Counted from the first letter of the stretch, positions 30,613-40,327 are shown. The stretch: DNA of 64,000 bases from Candidatus Rokuibacteriota bacterium (GCA_003220345.1 QHSC01000080.1:5999-69998); one strand, 5' to 3'. Made by a program: numbers and translations. Notes: generated by a model from the sequence alone, not told the origin.

Positions 30613-31008
30613 CTAGCCCGTGACCTGGACGCGGTCCAGCGCGATGGTGAAGGTGACGCGCACCTCGTCGGCCTTCCGGTACGGGTAGCGATCCTTGCCC
30701 AGATATTTCTTGGCGAGCGCGTCGATGTGGGCGTCGGCGCCCGTCTCGGTGACGGAGGCGACCCGGCCTTTGATCTGCAGGTACCGGTAGGGGTTCTCGG
30801 GATCCATGATGGCCAGCGCCACCGTCGGCCGGCTCCGCATGTTCTTGTCCTTGATCCGACCCTTGGCCGTGTTGACGCGGATGTGGCTGCCATCCCAGTC
30901 GAACCACACCGGGGTCACCTGCGGGGTGCCGTCGGCATTGACGGTGGCGAGGCTGGCGAAGGCTTTCTTCTCCAGCAGGTCCTTGTAGGCGGACGGTACG
31001 GTGCTCAT
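30613..31008 (-). CDS. PPOX-class (pyridoxamine 5'-phosphate oxidase-like, putative F420-dependent) oxidoreductase
   Basis: LATVNADGTPQVTPVWF, K..NM, LAKKYLG. Confidence 0.88.
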   Translation of the reverse strand: MSTVPSAYKDLLEKKAFASLATVNADGTPQVTPVWFDWDGSHIRVNTAKGRIKDKNMRSRPTVALAIMDPENPYRYLQIKGRVASVTETGADAHIDALAKKYLGKDRYPYRKADEVRVTFTIALDRVQVTG

Positions 31009-31358
31009 CTCGCGGATCCTTTCCCGGTGATCTCATCCATGACAGCGAAGGCGTGGCGCACCGACTTCATGCTCACCGTCCCTCCCATGATCGCTCCCAC
31101 GTCGAGGGTCTCGGCGATCTCCGCGGCGGTGGCGCCCAGGTGGAGGACCTCCTCCACGCGGTGCTCGATTCAGTCAAAGCAGTTCTGGACGACGGCCACG
31201 CTGAGGGCGGTCAGCTCCTTGTGCTTCTTGCTCAGGGCGCCGTCGGAGAACACGCGCTTGGAGAGCTCACTGACGGTGCCGGGCACCTGCATCGGGCTCT
31301 TGGCGATGAGACCGTTCAGCCGCTTCCGCTCCTGGTTCTTCTCGTGCAGGTGGATCAT
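31005..31358 (-). CDS. AhpD/carboxymuconolactone decarboxylase-like selenoprotein (CxxU, Sec at TGA 31170-31172)
   Basis: DGALSKKHKELTAL...C-F-D-TGA-IEHR...LGATAAEIAETL..IMGG continues in frame; SECIS-like hairpin 12 nt downstream; ATGA overlaps at both ends. Confidence 0.85.
31140..31157 (-). promoter_or_regulatory. Bacterial SECIS element
   Basis: GUGGAGG-AGGU-CCUCCAC hairpin starting 12 nt after the in-frame UGA. Confidence 0.75.
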
Positions 31359-31873
31359 GTCGTCTCCTTTGGTGGCTCTCCCGTGAGCATGCGGGCGCGG
31401 GCCTCCGCGAGCCCCCGGAGCGCCAGCAGCAATCGTACCAGGCACTGCTGGACGAGGGCCGCGTCCTGGGCGGTGGGATCGGACATCCATTGTCGCGCCC
31501 ACTCGCGGCTCTCGGACTTCAGGCCGAGGGTCGGCGACAGCGCTTCGAGGCGCAGGAGGAGATCGTCGGCGGGCAGCCCCTGCGCGCGCAGGCGAGAGAC
31601 CACCGCCCCGCGCACCGCCGCGTTCCACATCCCGGTCAAGGCCTCGAGGAGCGCCGCGTAGCACGTCGTCTCGGGCTTCTGCCTCAGGTGCTCCACCACG
31701 GCGGCCACGAGCGGGTGAATGGCCGGCTCGCCGTCCTCGTCCACGCCCGCCAGGCCGGCCAGGAGAGGATCGCGTCCGGGCTCCTCCATGCGCTCCAGCA
31801 GCTCCACGAGCTCCCCCACCGATACGGCAGGCAGACCCGCGAGGCGCTCGAGGAGGGGGGCGTCGCCAGGCAC
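31355..31873 (-). CDS. Hypothetical protein
   Basis: 172-aa ORF whose stop overlaps the selenoprotein start. Confidence 0.7.
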   Translation of the reverse strand: MPGDAPLLERLAGLPAVSVGELVELLERMEEPGRDPLLAGLAGVDEDGEPAIHPLVAAVVEHLRQKPETTCYAALLEALTGMWNAAVRGAVVSRLRAQGLPADDLLLRLEALSPTLGLKSESREWARQWMSDPTAQDAALVQQCLVRLLLALRGLAEARARMLTGEPPKETT

Positions 31874-31887
31874 GATTAGGAAAGATT

Positions 31888-31906
31888 GCGCCGGCGAAGC
31901 CGGCGC
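31888..31906. repeat. Perfect hairpin with GAA triloop
   Basis: GCGCCGGC-GAA-GCCGGCGC. Confidence 0.6.
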
Positions 31907-31958
31907 TCGAAGCGAAATATTCTGGCTCGCGAGAGCATGGAGATCACTTAGACAGAGA

Positions 31959-33506
31959 CTAGTCGCCCGAGGGCGTGGCTGGCTCCTGCGCGGCGGCCAG
32001 CTCGTGAGCCTGCCCGGCGGGCACGAGGAAGGCCGAGGCCAGCGCGGCCACCGCGACCACGAGCCCCACGACGAAGACGCCGCCCACCGCGTGCGCCATG
32101 GCCGGGCGCATCTGGGCGAGCACGTCGGCCCCGAGGGCCACGCGGGTGATCGGATTGACGATGAGGTCGGGGTGGGCCACGGTCTCGCGCAGCCGGTCTT
32201 GAAGCTCGGCGGGGGCGGCGGCGAGCAGCCCCGACAGCTCCTGGTGAAGGCGCTGCGCCATGACCGAGCCCATCACCGCCACACCCACCGCGCCGCCGAT
32301 GCTACGGAAGAAGCTGGTGAGCGAGGTGGCGGAGCCGAGCATCGAGCGGGGAACGGCATTCTGCACGGCGATGAGCATGGGCACGAACACGAGCCCCATG
32401 CCCACACCGGCCAGGCTGATGTCGCGCATGGCAATGCCCCGCGTGAGCCCTTCATTCCACCCCGCGAGGAGCACGAAGGCCGCGGTGAGCAACAGCATGC
32501 CCACGAACACGATCGAGCGGTATCCCACGCGCAGCACGAGCCGCGCGGCAAGGACGGAGAAGACCACCCAGCCGATCACGAAGGGCACGAGCACGATACC
32601 GGCCTCGGTTGCGCTGGTGCCGGTGACCGCCTGCAGGAAGAGCGGCACGAACGTGATGGCGCCGAACATGGCCATGCCGGAGAGGAAGCCCGTCACCGAG
32701 GCGGCCCGGACCATGGGATTGGCGAAGAGGGCAAGAGGAACCACCGGCTCGGCAGCCCGCCGCTCGATCAGGACGAAGACGACGAGGAGCACCGCGGAGA
32801 GCCCGAGAAGGGCGAGCACCGAGGGTCTCCACCACGAGGCCCCGCGGCCTCCCTCGAGGAGCCCGACGAGAAGCGCGGAGATCACCGCTGCGAAGACGGC
32901 CGTACCCGCGTAGTCGAACGCAGAGGCACGCCGCTCCGATCGTTCGCTCGCCAGTCCCCATCGGATCGCCGCCATGGCGAGAAGGCCAAAGGGAAGATTG
33001 ATGTAGAACACCCAGCGCCAGGACACGGCGTCCGTGAGCACGCCCCCGATGACCGGTCCCACGAGGGAGGCGACGCCCCACACGCCCGAGAAGTACCCCT
33101 GCATCTTGGCGCGACGCTCGAGCCCGTAGAGATCGGCGATGATGGTCATGCCGATGATGATCAGCGAGCCCGCCCCGAGTCCCTGGATGGCGCGGAAGGC
33201 GATCAGCTGGGCCATGGTCTGCGACAGCCCCGAGAGCGCCGAGCCCACGAGAAACAGGCTGAGCCCCACCAGGTAGACGCGCCGGCGACCGTACTGGTCG
33301 GCCAACCGGCCCCAGAGCGGCATGGTCACCGTCGAAGCGAGGAGGAAGCCCGAGAAGGTCCAGGAGTAGATCCGGATTCCGCCCAGGCTCGCGATGACCG
33401 TGGGCATCGCCGTGGCGACGACCGTCGACTCCATGGCCGCGAGGAACATGGAGGCCATGACGCCGGCGACCACGAGCCTGCGGTGTGGCTCGCCGGGCGT
33501 GACCAC
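31959..33506 (-). CDS. MFS drug resistance transporter (DHA2, EmrB/QacA-like)
   Basis: GRLADQYGRRR, RAIQGLG, GPVIGG, WRWVFYINLP. Confidence 0.92.
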   Translation of the reverse strand: MVTPGEPHRRLVVAGVMASMFLAAMESTVVATAMPTVIASLGGIRIYSWTFSGFLLASTVTMPLWGRLADQYGRRRVYLVGLSLFLVGSALSGLSQTMAQLIAFRAIQGLGAGSLIIIGMTIIADLYGLERRAKMQGYFSGVWGVASLVGPVIGGVLTDAVSWRWVFYINLPFGLLAMAAIRWGLASERSERRASAFDYAGTAVFAAVISALLVGLLEGGRGASWWRPSVLALLGLSAVLLVVFVLIERRAAEPVVPLALFANPMVRAASVTGFLSGMAMFGAITFVPLFLQAVTGTSATEAGIVLVPFVIGWVVFSVLAARLVLRVGYRSIVFVGMLLLTAAFVLLAGWNEGLTRGIAMRDISLAGVGMGLVFVPMLIAVQNAVPRSMLGSATSLTSFFRSIGGAVGVAVMGSVMAQRLHQELSGLLAAAPAELQDRLRETVAHPDLIVNPITRVALGADVLAQMRPAMAHAVGGVFVVGLVVAVAALASAFLVPAGQAHELAAAQEPATPSGD

Positions 33507-33553
33507 TAGTGCGACTCCGACGGGCACTGGGAACAACTCGCGGATGACCGCAG

Positions 33554-33770
33554 AGTGCCGGGCCAAATGACGAGCCACATTAGCTCAGCTCTCGCCTCGG
33601 GGCTTCGCCCCTCAGCTCGAACTGCCACGTCCGAGGAAGGCAGCAACCCGAGGCGTACGTGGGTGTACGTTGAGGGCTGCTGCCGACCGAGAACGTGGCG
33701 TTTCGAGCTGAGCGGCTCCGCCGCGAGGGGAGGGCTGAGTAGATCTGGCGAAGTCAGTTGGCCCGGCACT
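33554..33770. repeat. Rod-like palindromic dispersed repeat, family A copy 2
   Basis: 13-bp terminal IR AGTGCCGGGCCAA/TTGGCCCGGCACT; colinear with 2212-2442. Confidence 0.88.
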
Positions 33771-34095
33771 AGTGGCCTCCGGTGCACCCGGCGCAGCGGC
33801 ACAGGGCGCGGAGTGCGCGGAACGGGTAGAGGCTCTCGTGGCCGTCCGACCATGTCACGCGGAGGCCGTCGGGCTGCTTCTTGATGTCCTTGGGCCAGCC
33901 CATGGCCTGGGTCAGCGCTGCTCCCGCCTCGATCGGGTGGGCGGGATCGTCGAGGCGCAGCCGCTCGAAGGGATAGATGCTCGCGTGGTTGTCGGCCCAC
34001 GTGACTCCGAGCGCGTAGCGGCCGACCAGATGCACATCCTTGGGCTCGTCGGGATTCGGCTGGCCGAGGATGGGCAGGCTGACCTTGATGGCCAT
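33769..34095 (-). CDS. DUF971 (gamma-butyrobetaine hydroxylase N-terminal-like) protein, two repeats
   Basis: VGRYALGVTWADNHASIY; VTWSDGHESLY...LRALCRCAGC. Confidence 0.85.
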   Translation of the reverse strand: MAIKVSLPILGQPNPDEPKDVHLVGRYALGVTWADNHASIYPFERLRLDDPAHPIEAGAALTQAMGWPKDIKKQPDGLRVTWSDGHESLYPFRALRALCRCAGCTGGH

Positions 34096-34102
34096 GGCGC
34101 CC

Positions 34103-35011
34103 TCAGGCCGCCTTGAGGCGAAGCCGCTCGCCCGCCAGGAGATAATGCACGGCCACGTTCTGGTGCCGCCCCCAGGCGAGCGAGCGCTTGCGAATGGCCG
34201 CCTCGCTCAGCTCCCGGCCCCGACCGTAGAAGTGCTCGAAGGCCCGGCGCACGCCGAGATCGCCGGCGGCGCAGACATCACCGCGACCCAAGTGCCGGGC
34301 GAGGAACCATTCCGCCGTCCACCGCCCGAAGCCACGGACGGCCGTGAGGGTCTCGATCACCTCGTCGTTCGTGTTGCGGGCGAGGGCGTCGAGGTCCAGC
34401 TCGCCCGTGGCGACCCGACGGGCGAGACCAACGACGTACTCGGCCTTGCGGGTGGTGAACTGCATGCGGCGCAGCTCGCCCACGGGCGCGCGAGCGAGTC
34501 GCGATGCGCGCGGGAATCCGTACACGGTGTGAGGCCCGACCTTGACGGGCGTTCCGTAGCGCCGAACGAGACGCGCGCGCACGGTGAAGGCGAAGGCGAG
34601 ATTGATCTGCTGTGCGCACACGGAGCCCACGAGCATCTCGAATGGCCTCGGCTGGAGGGTGGGCCGGAGGCCGCGCAGGCGCGGGATGAGGGCGCTCAGC
34701 ACCGGGTCCGCGGAAGTCTCCCGGTAGAACCCCTCGATGTCCAGATCGAGACCGTAGAGGTGGCGCGCCTCGACGACAGCCGCATCGAGCACGCGCGCGC
34801 TCCGGGTGCCGGGAACGGACACGGACAGGCGCGCGCCGTCGACCGGGCCCGACCACCGCAGCTCGTAGCCATGCCAGCGCCCGGCCACTTCCACCGCGCG
34901 CACGAGGGAGCCGCCGACCAGGCGATTGCACGGATCCTCGCCCCAGAGGTGAAAGCGTGCGAGGGTCTGCGCCGCGTCGAGCGGCCCGGGGACGACGATC
35001 TCCGTCTTCAT
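34103..35011 (-). CDS. alkA: DNA-3-methyladenine glycosylase II (AlkA family)
   Basis: PFEML...QQINL, HhH VRGFGRWTAE, DLGVRR. Confidence 0.88.
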   Translation of the reverse strand: MKTEIVVPGPLDAAQTLARFHLWGEDPCNRLVGGSLVRAVEVAGRWHGYELRWSGPVDGARLSVSVPGTRSARVLDAAVVEARHLYGLDLDIEGFYRETSADPVLSALIPRLRGLRPTLQPRPFEMLVGSVCAQQINLAFAFTVRARLVRRYGTPVKVGPHTVYGFPRASRLARAPVGELRRMQFTTRKAEYVVGLARRVATGELDLDALARNTNDEVIETLTAVRGFGRWTAEWFLARHLGRGDVCAAGDLGVRRAFEHFYGRGRELSEAAIRKRSLAWGRHQNVAVHYLLAGERLRLKAA

Positions 35012-35054
35012 GGCGGGCTCTCAGTCTACCAGAGCGGCGCCGGGGAAAGACCGG

Positions 35055-36029
35055 TCAGTGGCGAATATCGAAGAAGAGCGGGCCGGGCGGCACGGGCCCG
35101 CTGTCGTCCAGGCACTTGACCACGAAGTTCAGATCCACGATCTCTTCGGCGAACGGGCGCAACATCGCGCAGGCGGCCGACTCGGCCGGCAGGGGCACGA
35201 GGAGCTGCCGGACGCCATGCAGGCGCAGCACCCCTGCCAGATTCGTGAAAGCGTCGAGAGCCTCGCGGCCCTCGATCATCACGTCGAAGGCCTTGACCGC
35301 GCGAAAGGCGAACGGGTCGAGACCTCTGGCCGGTCTATCGTCCCACAGGGACAGCCAGGCCGTCCCTGTGCGCTCGCCCGCCGTCCAGCTTCCCGTATAG
35401 GCGCCATCGGGGGGCGGAGAGAAGAGCTCGCGCTCGAGGAACACGGGCACGAAGTGATGGGACTGCACGGCGGCCAGTCGCAGGCGCATCAGGTGCGGGT
35501 CGCGGTACAGGTCGAACTGGACCGCCCTCGGCGTCCCATCGGGCTCGAAGCGGGCAAGATCCAGCACGAGATAGTCGAAGCGCCCGATGGTCTGCCAGCC
35601 CAGAGACGTGACCATCTTCATGGACGGCGCATTGGAGGTCTTGATGAGACCCGTGAGGTAGCTGGCCCCCTGATCGATGGCCCACCGCTCGGCGGCCTCG
35701 AGCATGCCGGGTCCGAGGCGCCGTCGCTGCAGTCCCGGCAGGACGCGGGTATTAAAGGAGTAGGCGGTCTTGCGGTGACCGCCCGCCACCCGGACCTCGG
35801 TCATGGCGACGCACTCGACCCCCACCACTACCCCGTCCTGCTCGACCACGAGGACCCGGGACGAAGGATAGGCGTCGGTACGAGCGAAGAAGTTCCGGCG
35901 CGCCTGAAGAAGCTCCGCGCCGGCGTTGGGGGCGGTGCCCTCGAGGGCTATGAGGGCCTCATGGTCTTCTTCGGTTGCCGCGCGCAGAACGATGTCCTGC
36001 ACAACCCTATTCAGGACCGTGTGCGACAT
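35055..36029 (-). CDS. GNAT family acetyltransferase
   Basis: RVLPGLQRRRLG acetyl-CoA motif, N..S...LGW. Confidence 0.8.
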   Translation of the reverse strand: MSHTVLNRVVQDIVLRAATEEDHEALIALEGTAPNAGAELLQARRNFFARTDAYPSSRVLVVEQDGVVVGVECVAMTEVRVAGGHRKTAYSFNTRVLPGLQRRRLGPGMLEAAERWAIDQGASYLTGLIKTSNAPSMKMVTSLGWQTIGRFDYLVLDLARFEPDGTPRAVQFDLYRDPHLMRLRLAAVQSHHFVPVFLERELFSPPPDGAYTGSWTAGERTGTAWLSLWDDRPARGLDPFAFRAVKAFDVMIEGREALDAFTNLAGVLRLHGVRQLLVPLPAESAACAMLRPFAEEIVDLNFVVKCLDDSGPVPPGPLFFDIRH

Positions 36030-36214
36030 AGGCCCTCCTCCCCGGGCGGGGGGACACGTACTTCACCGGCCACGAGCGGCGCCATCGTACCGCACCGCGC
36101 AAACCTCTGCCGGAGAAAGTGCGCTATTCCCGACCCTGCCCCGATCCTGGGCGGCGAGGCTTGCCTGGGCCCCACGGACCCAGCAACCGGCTGAAAAGGG
36201 CCCTTTTCAGCCGC

Positions 36215-38035
36215 CTAATGGAGGTGGTAGGGGACGTCCGTCACCACGACATTCTTCCGGAAGAGCAGCGCGCCTTTGATCAGGAGCGCCGTCTGGTTGT
36301 GCAGGAGGTGCTGCCACCAGTGCTTGGGCACGAACTCGGGGATGACGATGGTGACCATGTGGTTGTCGCCGAGGGCGAGGAGATGGTTGAGGTACTCGAG
36401 AAAGGGCTGGAGGAGCGATCGATAGGGCGAGGAGAGGACGACGAGGGGCGCGCCCATGCCCCACTTGATCCACTTCTCCTCCAGGCGACGCGTCTTGTCC
36501 GGATCGAGCTCGACGTAGACGCCCTTGACCGAGGGGGCCAGCGTCCGCGCGTACTGCAGGGCGTGGATGACGCCGCGATGGATGTCACCCACGAGCACGA
36601 GCACGGTGTGCTCCAGGGGCGGCGGCCCCTCGTAGCCGTCGAGAGAGAGCTGCCCGGCCACATCGGCGTAGTGGCGATGGATGGCCATGAACATCACGAC
36701 GAGGAGCGGGATCAGGAGCACCACGACCCAGGCGCCGTGGGTGAACTTGGTGGCCGTGATGACGAGAACGACCGCGCCCGTGGTGGTGGCGCCCACGGCA
36801 TTGACCCACCAGCGCCAGCGCCAGCCCGGCTCGTGGCGCGCGAGCCAGCGACGGACCATGCTCGCCTGCGAGAGCGTGAAGGAGAGAAAGACTCCGACGG
36901 CATAGAGCGGGATGAGTCCGTGAGTGCTGCCGCCGAAGATCACGAGGAGGAGCGCCGCCGTCCCCCCGAGGATGAGGATGCCGTTGGAGAAGACGAGGCG
37001 ATCCCCGCGCGAGCCGAACTGCCGCGGGAGGAAGCCGTCCCGGGCCAGGAAGAAGGACAATCGCGGGAAATCGGCGAAGGCCGTGTTGGCCGCGAGCACC
37101 AGGATGAGCATGGTGGCGCCCTGGATGAAGAAGTAGAAGAGGCTCTCCCCGAAGATCTGGCGGGCGAGCTGGGAGACGATGGTCTCCTCGACCATCGGAG
37201 TCAGATGGTAGTGCCGCGCCAGGAACGTGATGCCCATGAAGAGCGAGACGAGGATGACGCCGAGCCACCCGAGCACGATGCGGGCGTTCCTGGCTTCCGG
37301 AGGCTTGAAGGCGGGAATGCCGTCGGAGACGGCCTCCACGCCGGTGAGGGCCGCGCACCCCGAGGCGAAAGCCCGGAGGATGAGAAAGATGGTCAGGTCC
37401 TGCGCGGCGGGAGTGAACGGCCGCGTCGCCTGCGCGGCCACATCCCACGCCAACGCCCAGCGCACGAGCCCGTAGAGGATGAGGATGCCCGCGGCACCCA
37501 CGAAGAGATAGGTGGGCAGCGCGAAGAGCTTGCCCGACTCGCGCAGGCCGCGGAGGTTGGCGAGGGTGATCGCCGCCACGAAGCCGACGCCGATGGCCAC
37601 GCGATAGTCGAAGAGGGCAGGAACGGCCGAGGTGAGGGCGGCCACGCCGGCGGCCATGCTCACGGCGACGGTGAGCACGTAGTCGATGAGGAGCGCCCCC
37701 GCCGAGATGAGGCCGGGCAGCGTCCCCAGGTTGTCCTTGGTGACGATGTACGAGCCGCCGCCTTGCGGGTAGGCGAGGATGGTCTGGCGGTACGAGCTCA
37801 CCACCACCGCGATCAGGATGGCGATGGCCACGCCGATGGGGATGGACAGGTAGAGGGCCGCGCTGCCCGCGAGCACGAGGATGAGGAGGATTTCTTCCGT
37901 CGCGTAGGCCACGGAGGACAGCGCGTCGGAGGAGAATACCGCGAGCGCCGCGGTCTTGGAGAGCCGCTCGTGACGGGCCTGGGCCGTGGCCAGAGGGCTC
38001 CCGACCACGAGTTTCTTGAGCGCGTGGAGATTCAC
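36215..38035 (-). CDS. kimA: APC family permease, KimA/YdaO-like K+ transporter (paralogue 1)
   Basis: SSDALSSVAYA, YPQGGGSY, TGVEAVSDG, LIPLYAVGVF, LHNQTA. Confidence 0.8.
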   Translation of the reverse strand: MNLHALKKLVVGSPLATAQARHERLSKTAALAVFSSDALSSVAYATEEILLILVLAGSAALYLSIPIGVAIAILIAVVVSSYRQTILAYPQGGGSYIVTKDNLGTLPGLISAGALLIDYVLTVAVSMAAGVAALTSAVPALFDYRVAIGVGFVAAITLANLRGLRESGKLFALPTYLFVGAAGILILYGLVRWALAWDVAAQATRPFTPAAQDLTIFLILRAFASGCAALTGVEAVSDGIPAFKPPEARNARIVLGWLGVILVSLFMGITFLARHYHLTPMVEETIVSQLARQIFGESLFYFFIQGATMLILVLAANTAFADFPRLSFFLARDGFLPRQFGSRGDRLVFSNGILILGGTAALLLVIFGGSTHGLIPLYAVGVFLSFTLSQASMVRRWLARHEPGWRWRWWVNAVGATTTGAVVLVITATKFTHGAWVVVLLIPLLVVMFMAIHRHYADVAGQLSLDGYEGPPPLEHTVLVLVGDIHRGVIHALQYARTLAPSVKGVYVELDPDKTRRLEEKWIKWGMGAPLVVLSSPYRSLLQPFLEYLNHLLALGDNHMVTIVIPEFVPKHWWQHLLHNQTALLIKGALLFRKNVVVTDVPYHLH

Positions 38036-38098
38036 CGGCGGTTCTCGGAGGCCTACCCTAGCCGCGGCCGCGGCGGCCGTCAAGCTTCAGGCGCTGGC

Positions 38099-39916
38099 TC
38101 ACGCTTTGAGATGAAAGGGCACGTTGACGACGACGAGGCCGGGCCGGAAGAGGAGCGCCCCCTTGACGAGGAGCGCCGTCTGATTGTGCAGGACGTGCTG
38201 CCACCAGTGGCGCGGCACGAATTCGGGGATGACAATGGTGACGATCTGATGGGGTGATTGGGCCCGCAGGCGCTCGACATAGTCGAGAAGAGGGCCCAGC
38301 ACCGACCGGTAGGGAGAGGACAGAACCACGAGGGGCACGCCGCACCCACCCTTTTCCCACCGCTCCTCGAGGCGCAGGGTGCGGGCGGGATCGATCTCGA
38401 CGTATACGGCCTTGGGATTCGGGCTCAGCGACTGGGCATAGCGCAGGGCCCGCACCACCCCCATGTGCAGGTCTCCCGCAAGGACGAGCACGGTGTTGAC
38501 CACGGGCGGCTCGTCGGCGAGGTGCTCGAGCGACAGCTCCTCGGCCACGGCCTCGTAGTGGCGATGGACGGCTTGAAAGGCCGTGACCATGAGCGGGATG
38601 AGCAGCACCACGATCCAGGCTCCGTGCGAGAACTTGGTGGCGGCGATGACGAGCGTCACGAGGCCGGTGACCACGGCGCCCGTGCCGTTGATGGCGAGCC
38701 GCCAGTGCCAGCCCGACCCGTGATCCGTGAGCCAGTGGCGCACCATGCCGGCCTGCGAGAGCGTGAACGAGAGGAACACGCCCACCGCGTAGAGGGGGAT
38801 GAGGGCGTGAGTCTCCCCCTGGAAGATGACGATGAGGAGCGCGGCCAGCCCGCCCAGGATGAGGATCCCGTTCGAAAAGACGAGACGGTCGCCGAGGGTG
38901 GTGAACTGGCGCGGAGCGTAGTGGTCCCGGGAAAGAAGACTGGCCAGTCTCGGAAAGTCCGCGAACGAGGTGTTGGCGGCGAGCACGAGGATGAGCACGG
39001 TCGAGACCTGGATGAGGTAGTAGAAGAGGCCCGTCCCGAAAAGAGCCCGCGCGATCTGCGACACCACCGTCTCGTTCTCGATGGGCGTCACCTGCAGGGC
39101 GGAGGCCAGTATGGTGATGCCGAGAAAGAACGTGCCCAGGATGCCCGCCATCCAGCCCATGGTGATGGCGGCGTTGCGCGCCTCCGGCGGCTTGAAGGCG
39201 GGCACGCCGTTCGAGATCGCCTCGATCCCCGTGAGGGCCGTGCAGCCGGAGGAGAACGCGCGCAGCACGAGAAACCAGGTCAGAGGGACGGCGGTCTCTC
39301 CGGCGCGTGGAGACAAAGGCGTCAGGTCGCCGTGGAGCCAGCGGTACACTCCCGCCAGGATCAGCGCGGCGAAGGCGACGATGAAGAGATAGGTGGGGAC
39401 GGCGAAGACCCGACCCGACTCGCGGACGCCGCGCAGGTTGGCGAAGGCGATGAGGCAGATGAAGCCCACGCCGAGGGCCACGCGATGGGTCAGGAGCTCT
39501 GGGAACGCCGAGGTGAGCGCGGCCACCCCGGCAGCCACGCTCACGGACACGGTCAGCACGTAGTCGATGAGGAGCGCCGCCGCGGCCACCAGCCCCGGGG
39601 TCGGGCCGAGGTTCGCGCGGGCCACGATGTAGGAGCCGCCGCCCGACGGATACGCGTGGATGGTCTGCTGATACGAGATGGCGACCACCGCGAGGAGCCC
39701 GGTGATGGCCACGGCCACCGGCACGGCCAGATGGGCCGCGGCCATGCCGGCCAGGATGAGCACGAGGAGGATCTCTTCCGTCGCATACGCCACGGAGGAG
39801 AGCGCATCGGAGGAGAAGACGGCGAGGGCGACGCGCTTCGAGAGCCGCTCGTGGCGCGCCTGGGCCAGGGGCATCGGCCGCCCGACCACCCAGCGCTTCA
39901 GCAGGCTGGCGTTCAT
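38099..39916 (-). CDS. kimA: APC family permease, KimA/YdaO-like K+ transporter (paralogue 2)
   Basis: Same motifs as paralogue 1. Confidence 0.8.
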   Translation of the reverse strand: MNASLLKRWVVGRPMPLAQARHERLSKRVALAVFSSDALSSVAYATEEILLVLILAGMAAAHLAVPVAVAITGLLAVVAISYQQTIHAYPSGGGSYIVARANLGPTPGLVAAAALLIDYVLTVSVSVAAGVAALTSAFPELLTHRVALGVGFICLIAFANLRGVRESGRVFAVPTYLFIVAFAALILAGVYRWLHGDLTPLSPRAGETAVPLTWFLVLRAFSSGCTALTGIEAISNGVPAFKPPEARNAAITMGWMAGILGTFFLGITILASALQVTPIENETVVSQIARALFGTGLFYYLIQVSTVLILVLAANTSFADFPRLASLLSRDHYAPRQFTTLGDRLVFSNGILILGGLAALLIVIFQGETHALIPLYAVGVFLSFTLSQAGMVRHWLTDHGSGWHWRLAINGTGAVVTGLVTLVIAATKFSHGAWIVVLLIPLMVTAFQAVHRHYEAVAEELSLEHLADEPPVVNTVLVLAGDLHMGVVRALRYAQSLSPNPKAVYVEIDPARTLRLEERWEKGGCGVPLVVLSSPYRSVLGPLLDYVERLRAQSPHQIVTIVIPEFVPRHWWQHVLHNQTALLVKGALLFRPGLVVVNVPFHLKA

Positions 39917-39947
39917 GGCCGCCGCGAGCGGGGCACCACGCGGCGGG

Positions 39948-40136
39948 TCAGGAGCTTCCGCCCTTGGGCTCGCCCTCCTTGGCGGTGGTCTTGGCCTCGG
40001 GCTCATCCGTGCCCTTCTTGAACTCGCGAATCGCCTGCCCGAGCGAGCGCCCCAGCTCCGGGATCTTGGCGCCGCCGAAGAGGACGAGGGCGATCAGCAA
40101 GATGACGATCAGCTCCTGTGCTCCAAGACCAAACAT
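39948..40136 (-). CDS. tatA: Twin-arginine translocase subunit TatA
   Basis: LFGGAKIPELGRSLGQAIREFKK. Confidence 0.95.
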   Translation of the reverse strand: MFGLGAQELIVILLIALVLFGGAKIPELGRSLGQAIREFKKGTDEPEAKTTAKEGEPKGGSS

Positions 40137-40193
40137 GGTGTGTGCTCCTCTGACCGCGATTCGTCCACGCCGACGGCCGGCTCGACCGCTGCC

Positions 40194-40223
40194 AGCCTAC
40201 GCCCCCGGCCGCGACAGTGTCAA
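40194..40223 (-). promoter_or_regulatory. Sigma70-type promoter for tatA-kimA-kimA
   Basis: TTGACA-N18-TAGGCT. Confidence 0.6.
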
Positions 40224-40327
40224 ACCCGCTCGCCCCAAGCGTTTCTTGGCGCCGGGGCCCCTCGGTTGCTAGGCTGACCGCAGCCGGCCGACCGCCCTCG
40301 ACTCCCGGGGACTCCAAGGAGACGCCC

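Noticed and set aside
31005-31358. Pseudogene call for the CMD gene because of the internal TGA
   Set aside because: TGA sits at the catalytic Cys position, a SECIS-like hairpin follows, and both halves are intact.
40137-40327. ydaO/c-di-AMP riboswitch upstream of the kimA pair
   Set aside because: No recognisable conserved riboswitch motifs; the region holds divergent promoters.
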